A stretch of 56,409 nucleotides of DNA, filler included, from Sphacelaria rigidula (taxonomy: Eukaryota), in NCBI GenBank assembly GCA_964200075.2. It is 4 parts of 4 records of this genome, joined end to end, with 100 filler letters (N's around TTAATTAATTAA, not from the genome) between each part and the next. Parts side by side here need not be neighbours in the genome. Positions count along the whole stretch, not along the records: positions 42,384 to 56,409 come from CAXNAA020002503.1; 3 more parts are not named here. One strand, written 5' to 3'. Positions within the stretch are counted from its first letter, which is position 1, and each line of letters starts with the position of its first letter. This document shows positions 47,885 to 56,409 of the stretch, piece by piece. The notes beneath the pieces were generated by a model. That model did no database searches and had not been told where the DNA came from. It saw only the letters and a list, made by a program, of their open reading frames with translations. The translations under genes and the position numbers were made by a program.

Positions 47885-50800
47885 TCACAACTGGATACCA
47901 AACTCACCCGAAATGCGAGCAGCAACGGTACGAGTCACGCGCAATTTACGCAACTCCTTCGTAAGAAATTCCGGAGCGGCCTCAAAAATATCCTTGAAAG
48001 GCTCCCACGTACGCTCCTCAACTTCGAAACTAACCCATTCGACCAGCACGACCAGTCCACGTCGCCATCAACTTGGTCGTAACACCCGGACGACGCACGC
48101 GTACATACAAGACGTAGTAACCTACCTCGAAATTCGGCAGTTCCAATCCGGACGAGGGCACCTCTCGTCTACGCGCACGTTCAACGGCAACACGTTCTTG
48201 CACTTGAACGTGGAAAGGTTCTTGCATGTCCAAGACTCCTTGCAGTGCACGCTCAACTTGAACATCGTCCAGAACATCACATTGCCTTCCCCCCGCCGAC
48301 GAAGACGCCAAAACCGAGCAAGACGTCCGAGGGGCACGACGAAACATCACTTGATATGGCGCACTATCGTAACGACGACGATATGCTGTATTTAGCGCCC
48401 ATTGTACGGCAGGCAACACTTCTACCCACTCGGAAACCGCTCTACGCTGCTCGAGAAGAGTAGAGCGAAGAGCACGAACTACTTCCTTGACCATGCGTTC
48501 GCACATGCCGTCAGACCACGAAGAATACGCCGCCGCATACTGGTGATCAACACGCAAAGCCTATCGCAATCGGGCCAAGACCACATTCTTGAAATGCGTG
48601 GCGGTATTACTCACCCACACACGCGGCACCCACGAAGTTTTGCACCAATTCAGCAAACATGCAGCAGTCGATTCAGCAGTACACGCTGCTACTGGTTCTA
48701 GAGCCACAAAGTTGCTCAAATCACCCATAATTACCAAAATGTATCGAAACTCAGCACCCTCCGACAAACCTTGGGAAGCTAGCGGGCCACTCTCGCCCAT
48801 GTACAAGAAGCCAAAATGAACGACTTCATTCGGCGTGGTCCCATGGACCTTTTCGCCGAGCGGGCGGGGAACAACATCGCCCGCCCTCGAGTCAGCACAG
48901 TAAAGACAATGGCGGACAAATTCGCGCACATCAGTTTCTATCCCCTGCCAGACACAAAGCTCTTGCAAGCGCACGAGCGTCGCAGCCACACCACGATGCC
49001 CGGCGCCGCGCATGTCCGCGCAAGTCATCAGACGTACCTGCAACTGCTTGTCAGAACTCGGAATCCACAAAACGTTTCGGCCACGCACATGCACACGAAA
49101 CAGACCTCTATTGTCCAAGATAACAAGACCAACGTCCGACTCGAAAGATTGCACATCCACATCTTCGGCCTCAAGGTCTTTTCGTTGTGCTTGGCGGACA
49201 ACAAATTTGGACGGCATCGAGTCATCAGGTTCACACGGACCATACACAGTCACAGCGCACACAAGCAAAGCCGGAATATTAACCCAACGCGAAAGCAAGT
49301 CACCCAACGCACTACGGTCACCCGAAATGTGGCAAATCGAGTAAAGATACTGGCCAAGAACAACTTTCCAGCCCTCGAAACGTTGTGCTAATGCCTTTGA
49401 CACAGTCGTAACGCACTCTACCGGGTTGAAAATATACACGAGATTTCGATGATCTGTGAAAATGTACACGCCGTCCCACAAAAAACACGGGATCTTACAA
49501 ATTGAGAATATATCTTTTACTGGGGATGAGAAACCCGGAGAATTAAAATATTCGTTTCCACACCAAATCTTCGAAATATGGTTCCACTTCTTCACCTACT
49601 GATAGCTATTGACAACTGATACACGCCATAGAAATTTGCATTCCGATCACCGAAAAGTTAGGGCCCTAGGTAAAAACCAATTTCGGAACCATTTTGGCGT
49701 CCGTTCGGAGACCCGGAATTCCCCCAGATTGGTTTTTCACCTAGGATCCCAACATTTTGGTGATCGAAATCCAAATTTCTATGGCGTGTATCAGTTGTCA
49801 ATAGCTATCAGTAGGTGAAGAAGTGGAACCATATTTCGAAGATTTGGTGTGCATACGAATATTTTAATTCTCCGGGTTTCTCATCCCCAATAAAACATCC
49901 ATCCCCAATTTGTAAAATCCCGTGTTCAAAGATGCTCCAAACGACGAAAAGTGCTCACGATAGTAAAACCTTCCTTATCAATTGTGGCCCAACGAAACTG
50001 CGAACCCTTAAAATTACCACTGAGGAAAGCCAGCGATTCATGCGTCATATCCTCAACCGGCGGGCGTCTTTACATTTCCGCTCTAGGCACCTGCGTAACG
50101 AAACCACCCTAATGGCACTCAGATGCACCCGGAAACATCAGCACCTGGCGATCAGGACGAGGATGAGACAGCGTCACGGCGTGAGCTACCAGATCCTTCG
50201 CTGCTGCCCACGCCTGAAACCTGCCCTCCGTCCACGATGCAGGCGGAACAGAGTTCTTTTTGCAACACGCTTCGTCCGCCTCGCAGCACCCGCCATGCGT
50301 ATTTCGAGGAAACAACGCAAGGTAGCTACGGTTTCTGCCATACGCGGCAACGAGGTACGCGACTAATTCACGGCCTGCAGGAATTGCATGAGTTCTGTGG
50401 CCGTCTCTGGGCGCCGCATGTCAGACAAGCCTTGCAATCCGACAGGGTCATGACATACGCGTCCGTGTGAGTACACTTTCCCACACCAAACGACTTCACT
50501 AGCGACGAAAGTGCATTTGTGCGCCGCCACAAACAAACCAACATTCTCTGAACGGGCCAAGATAGCATCAAGCGTGTCTGAAAGTTCGTCTCCCGTGTCC
50601 GCGAAAAAAAACACATCATCCACCCATATCGTGCATTTCAAGCCGACAAGCAGTTCTATCATGATACCTTGAAGATATGCCGTGGCATTCAACACGCCTT
50701 GCGGCACTCGCTTCGGGGTAAACAAGCCTAACGGGGTCGTGACTGTGAAAATCTCCTGCGCCTCCTCCACCAATGGTACTGCCAATAACCTTGGAGGAGG

Positions 50801-52035
50801 TCCCATTTGCCAAAAAAACGAGCACTCAAGAGATCACGCATGTCCGACTCTTGATTGGGCATCAAACCCGGCGACATCTCAACCTGATCATCTACGGCCT
50901 TGTAGTCGCTTACCAGGCGAAACGAGTCTTGGGAACCGCCATCGCCGGACTGGACCATACCTCCTGCGAGTTCCGGACTACCGATCCAAGCGCCGAAAGA
51001 GCCGCCATGGACGACGCCAACCAGCTGGACTTCACCGGATCGTACCGCCGCGGCTTCACCTTCACCGCGGATGCCCGAGGTTTCAGCTGAACACGCATGG
51101 ACTCCACGCGCGCAGGGGGATCACCCCGCAGCGCACGACGAAACGCGCTGACGCGGCGATGCAAGATGCCGCGCAGGCGTTCCGCTTTGGGGACGCTGAG
51201 GCCTTTCGCCACAGCATCCGTCACGCTTTCCTCCATCGCGACCTTCCGAGCGGACTCCTCTTCCGCCGGGTCCATGACCTTGTCCGGGCCGCGCTCTACT
51301 AAGCGTTCTACCGCCCGTTGCGTTGAGCAATCGCGCGCGTAATGGTCGACCTGGCCACAGTGGTGACAAGTTATACTCGCGGCGCGACCGGCCGATTTTG
51401 AGCCATGGTTGCGCAAAGATTTCGGCAAAGAGGTGGACGACTGGCTGTACACCTCTATTTTCCGCCACACCTTGGCCTTGGCCACGACGGTGCTCATCAC
51501 CAGGTATGGGTCGGCCTTCCAGTCTGTTTGGTGCTGCAGCATGATAAGCACGGCTTGCTTGAACTTTTCCGGTGCCAACCCCTCCACCAAAGCCTTCGTG
51601 ATTACTGCTGCCGGGCCAGGAATGAACTCACCATCAGGGGAGCGATATACTAGTTCCACGTTCGGGTTTTCCGTGAAATACTTCTCCAAATTGGCCAGGA
51701 TGGGCTCCACCCGCTCCAACATTGTTTCCCCCCGAGAATCCATGGCGACAGCTTTCGCCACGGCCGCGGACGCTTGGGTCAGATCTACCTCGGCGCCCGC
51801 CGCATGCCCAGCATGCTTTTTGATCGCCGCAACCAATTGCGGCGGGGTGATAGTGCTCTCATTATGTTCAAAACGAGCGGATACTCTCTGTACATGAGTT
51901 GGCTCTTGTTGAGCCATTGTGACCACCTGATACCGCACGGCACCCCTGCATTAGCGTGCTCCATACGCTTCTTGTACTCTAAGTATTTTGTATAAAAAGT
52001 GCAAGATTCACTCTGAGTACCTGTCCCCGTATTAC
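47885..52035 (-). pseudogene. Frameshifted gag-pol (Zn knuckle, RT, RNase H, integrase, chromodomain)
   Basis: CHHCGQVDHYARDC (51327-51368); WSSPAMAVPK, DLLQGYWQ, PQGVLNA, WVDD (50615-50626); IFTDHRNL; GAGHRG..CLYC; VEWVSFEVEERTWEP. Confidence 0.92.
49484..49926. mobile_element. Foldback-type MITE (~440 bp, ~200-bp TIRs) inside RNase H
   Basis: AACACGGGAT.TTACAAATTG...CAATTTGTAAAATCCCGTGTT; removing it rejoins RRLEHL|LWDGVYIFTDHRNL. Confidence 0.9.
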
Positions 52036-52036
52036 C

Positions 52037-52286
52037 CAATCATCCTACGATAGGGGGGGGCATTTGATTGCACGAAAAAATAGGCTCAAAAATGTGTCAG
52101 ACGACCTGCCACACTCGCGGTGCCCTTGTATTTGCTTCAAAACGGTGTCAATCGGTATGAACGAGCGTTATATATCTATCACAAGCTCATTCGAGCAACC
52201 GTTGCTTCTTTCAAGGACGATTTGACTGGGAATTTCGTGCAAGAAGTGGCCAAAATACTCCCCCCCCCCCTATCGCAGGGTGACTC
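52037..52286. mobile_element. Second copy of the Sola-like MITE, inserted in gag
   Basis: Near-identical to 46272-46524. Confidence 0.8.
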
Positions 52287-53938
52287 TGGGGAGGTCGCAA
52301 CTCTTCCCGCATGACGACGGGTGTCACGATGGACGTACCTCGTGAGCTGGTAGCCATAGCTGTAGCTGTAACCAGCTATCTGCGAACCTTTTCAGGCCAG
52401 CGGACCTTCGCGATTTGCACTTCCTTGCTTCGTCGCCGCACCGCACAGTCGTGGGAGCCTCCAAACTCCCGCTGCACGCAACTTGAGCAAATCTCCAGTC
52501 TGGATCAATCACAGGCCAGCCGCCTTTCTGCAGCTGCCTCAGCTGGAACCCTCTCCACGCGTCCGCGGTTCATCAGGTTTTCATAGCTACCAGACTCCTA
52601 CCGAAATCCTCTCCAGCAGGTTTCTAGCACTAACACTGGCACTGATATCGATATTGTGACGCCAGCCAGTGGAAGAACTGCTGGATCATTGCTGTTGAGG
52701 GACTCCCCAGTCTTACTAGTCTCAATCTCAGTTGCTAGCCTTTACAACATTCTCATTATTCAGGAGTGCCCTCGTAGGCACAGCCTCCTAGACATGCCAG
52801 GGTATCAACCTAGTGTCCCCGGTCATTATCCAGATCATCACTACCAACTCGACGTGACGGCGTAATTTCGTCACAAAGCTGATATAAAACCAGTACCGCC
52901 AGGGTCGATTGATCTCAGAAGTACGGACGGTTCCCCCATGAAATTTCTAGTGTCTAGTCGTTTCGAGCTTACGTTGGGGTTAGAATCCCTCCCAGTAGAA
53001 GCGTTTGTATCACATAATATGGGGCCGGATTGTTTATTACTAGACAATTTCATTACGATTGTTTTCAAAGCTATACTCGACTGATAAGCGAAATATCTAA
53101 CATTCAGTGATTCCAGTAAAAAAATTATAGCATCACATCGAAAAAAAGCAGGGTCCACAAGATCTAACACACTCCGAAACAACACATTGTTCTGTAGTTA
53201 GTGTGAAATGTTCAACGACCCCGTTCCAGTCTTTCTCTGGAAAACAATAATGCAGTGGGCCACCGCAATGGCCATATTAACCGAAACGGAGAATACCCTG
53301 TCGACAACAACAGCAACTGTCGTAGAGCCACGCATAATATAACCGAGGAAGGCATTTGATCGCTTGATGTGCCCAAAGAATTCACGCGCATCATTGTTGC
53401 AAAACCAGTATGCACGTGGTCGGCAACAAATAAGACGGCAATGGTACGAACCACCAACCCGTCGAGCTGACATATAAAGCTGAAACGCAATACGATTTTA
53501 GACTATATCACGCCAGTACGACAGACACAAACCGGAAAAACTTCATGTCATTCCGGACACCCTCTGACGACTGTTCGCGTTTGAAAAGAGACAAGAAGAA
53601 AAAATCCCGCCGTTGCTAAGACAAATATTTTGTAACGTGCCAGAAGACCCTGCGCTGCAAATAGCTGAACCACAGAATCAGTTTCAAATATCAGCTGAGA
53701 AGCTCGACCGTTTGAAGCCGGTGCAAAGTGACAGAGAGCTGTCAGTCAACCGCGAAAAAAATGCAAAAAGAGCAAACACGGGAGTACGCACACTATGTCA
53801 GGGTTGCCAACGCCGAAAAAACGGTCCACAATCGGCCAAAAGTTTCCGATCGGACACGTTCCGGTTGGACGACCATATGGAAGAGTGTCGGAAGACCTAG
53901 TCAAATACACAACAACTTTGATGTCAAACGCTGGACTT

Positions 53939-55374
53939 TGTAGCCAAATGATACCAAGTCGTAGGTTTCAGTATAATCGCATGCATGATTGGAGCAGTGG
54001 CAGGGGACAGGGGATCCTGGATTGATGGCCATTATCTGTGTGGCCCCTTGCTGTCTGGCTCGTGATGTGATCTGTTGAGGATCACTCCGTGATAATCACA
54101 AGTTAGAAGAAAGGACTTGTCGAGCACGAGGCCAGTGATACTGGAGGAGTCCCTCGTCGAAAGTCCTCTTGTCCAGATCGTCTGGCAGAGGCTATAATAT
54201 CTAGATATTTATTTCGGCACTCTGCTGGAGGAGGTTGGCTGAGGAGGAGGGGCCGCAACTGGGAGCCAGTTTGACCCATAGACGCAAAGAGACAACTTGA
54301 AGCGCATATCAGTGGAGGGCACTCCGTGGACTGGAGGACGCACAAGTCAGGCAAGTGTCTCTCCGTGATATGTTTGAATCCTAGACGACATGGACCAAGC
54401 GGCGGCAGCGCCGCTGGTGTTAGGTGAGCCGCTAGACCCGCCAAAGTATGGCGAGGTGTGGACCGAGGGGGCATCACGCATTTGTTTCGCGGCACATCTT
54501 GATTATGAAGAGCGTTTGTATCTAGCAAATGCTCAAGGAGTCGTACGGCATGCCAGAGTGAGCATAAGTCAACTCATCCCTACGTCCATTCATCGATGCT
54601 CTGAAGGAATGTATAAGGACCGTCGGGCTATGACCCCCGACGAATTTCTAGATGCTGTGAAGCAGCATGCCGGGTACGCCACAGCCGGCGGCAAGCATGA
54701 CACTGCACGGGCTGCGGCAGACCTACGTACAGTTCTTACTATGCCACAAAGCGGTGGGTGGAACATCAGTCAAGGAACGTGCGATGATGATCAACTCATC
54801 GGTGGATTTTCGCTGAAAACCTGACGGTGCAAGCCATGTACCGTGCGGAAGAGAGGAACTGGTTGCCAGGCCCGGCCGAGTCGGTTTCCACAGCTTTGGT
54901 AGACGGGATTTCGCCTCCGGAATTCAAGGCGTATGTTAGAAGTGTACTAACGTATGTTGACGGTTGGAAAAATAATCCGAATGTGGTGCTCAAACGAAAA
55001 ATTTGATGCCGCCGACCACTGGACGTTCATCGAGGCGCATGGCCGGCGCGACTCTGCGGCAAATGCAGGTGGTGCTCGCCGCAACCAACAACAGCTTGAG
55101 CTCGCTTTGAGGGTGCTGTAGCGAAATGTTACCAAGCTGTAGGTTTCAGTATAATCGCATGCATGATTGGAGCAGTGGCAGGAGACAGGGGATCCTGGAT
55201 TGATGGCCCTTACCTATGTGGCCCCTTGCTGTCTGGCTCGTGATGTGATCAGTTGAAGATCACTCCGTGATAATAACAAGTTAGAATAAAGGACTTGTCG
55301 AGCACGAGGCCAGTGATACTGGAGGAGTCCCTCGTCGAAAGTCCTCTTGTCCAGTTCGTCTGGCAGAGGCTATA
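53939..55374 (+). mobile_element. Internally deleted 1.44-kb LTR element (gag remnant only)
   Basis: 258-bp LTRs at 53939-54196 and 55117-55374 (~95% identical by eye); gag-like 54390-55100 homologous to the minus-strand element gag (DAVKQHAGY vs AAIKKHAGH); PPT-like CTTTGAGGGTGC. Confidence 0.88.
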
Positions 55375-56409
55375 AGTACTATGTGAACATGTACTGTCTG
55401 TAATAGACCACCTCACAAGGTATGCCTTGCTCATTCCGGTACGGAATAAACAAGACACGTGAATAGCCAAGACTCTTCTCGAGGTTTTACGACACTTGGC
55501 CTTCCGAAGTAGCGGCATTTCCATGAAGGAGCCGAATTTAAAAACAAGCTAATATACGCACCGCAACAAGAGCTGAGTTTCAATAAAACTCGCACGACAC
55601 CGTGACGCCCGCAAAGTAAGTCACTATCGAAACGAATCCACTCCCCTATGCACGCTACATTAGCTATGCATTTGTCGGTTGGAAACGAAAATTAGGCATC
55701 CATGCTTCCGTTCATACAAATGGTGTACAACACGTCCTATCACAATACAGTACAGGAGACGCTGTATTTTTATTGCTCGGAAGACAGCCCAGATTACCAA
55801 CCGACATCATCCTCGGCATACCTGAGGAAAGCCAAGCTGCAACACCCGGAGAAAATTTCAAAGAAACACGGGGAAACCTGCAGTTGGGTTTTGAAATCGC
55901 GAGACAAGCTCTACGAGAAAGAGCAAACGAGCAAGAAGACGAAAACAAATTAAAACCGTTCCCAGTGTTCAAACCCGGTCAAAAGGTACGCCTTTACCAA
56001 CCATCTAAGGAATCAGAGAGGCCGAACCTGAAACTCTAATTACCATGGAGAGGGCCTTTCACGACAACCGAGAGACGATTGCCGGCTGTGTACAAAACCA
56101 AAGTAGCCGACGACTCTAAGGAAGTGTCGGTACATCTCGCTAACTAGAGAAATATCACTCGAGAAAGACACCACCAGTACCAGCTTTCGATAGGCAAACG
56201 GATACGTCCACCAGACAGGCCAACCAGACGAAACGTTGCCTAAAATAGCACGTTACGTGATGAAAAAAGTGGTAGCCCACGGTTCAGGCCCAGGTCGGAG
56301 AAGTCTTTATAACTATAAATATCGTTCGAGACTGAAAGGCTACGACCCAGCAGCTGACCTGACCTACCGGGCTAATTATTATTATTATTATTTCCGAACA
56401 TTAGTCCGA

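Larger units (their letters stand above)
47593..52875 (-). mobile_element. Ty3/Gypsy chromodomain LTR retrotransposon, both LTRs present, inactive
   Basis: LTRs 47593-47810 and 52655-52875 (TGTGACG...CGTCACA, ~90% identical by eye); TSD AAGC on both sides; PPT-like CTTTGGGGGTGC; gag, RT, RNase H, integrase and chromodomain motifs. Confidence 0.95.
45807..56372 (+). mobile_element. Old, decayed Ty3/Gypsy chromovirus-like retrotransposon hosting nested insertions
   Basis: Tentative 5' LTR 45807-46169 (TGTG...CACA) followed by PBS-like TGGCGACACC; protease VDSAAEVPCIS at 47523 continuing after 52879; integrase CQGCQRRK, IDHLTRY, EGAEFKN, LPFIQMVYNTS, WRGPF; chromodomain-like end YVMKKVVAH...RLKGYDPAAD. 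No RT motifs seen. Confidence 0.7.

Noticed and set aside
48561-50366. Two divergent ORFs both starting MKKWNHISKIWC
   Set aside because: Artefact of the foldback MITE arms; the genuine part is retrotransposon pol.

Overview
Eukaryotic, intron-rich, repeat-dense DNA that looks like a brown-algal (Phaeophyceae/stramenopile) nuclear genome; the taxon is inferred from gene style, repeat families and a red-lineage plastid insert. The window is not one locus. It is four contigs of 14028, 14028, 14027 and 14026 bp joined by 100-nt N44-TTAATTAATTAA-N44 linkers, i.e. size-sorted unplaced contigs. Contig 1 (1-14028): four internal exons of a minus-strand uracil phosphoribosyltransferase gene, RTE-LINE and hAT remnants, and a tRNA-headed SINE split by a mosaic plastid insertion (rpl9-like piece plus rpoB/rpoC1 junction). 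Contig 2 (14129-28156): a decayed coding remnant, MITEs, and an HSF-type transcription factor with a poly-Ala tract. Contig 3 (28257-42283): 12 phase-consistent exons (543 aa, 5' end missing) of an uncharacterised type-I membrane protein with IPT/TIG-like repeats, two 6-Cys LNR-like modules, a Tyr/Gly/Asp-rich insert, a TM helix and a short tail. This is the most interesting item. Contig 4 (42384-56409): an RTE LINE and a nest of Ty3/Gypsy chromovirus-like elements with MITEs. Most ORFs in the supplied six-frame track are spurious. All family assignments come from motif recognition by eye; no database searches were run.
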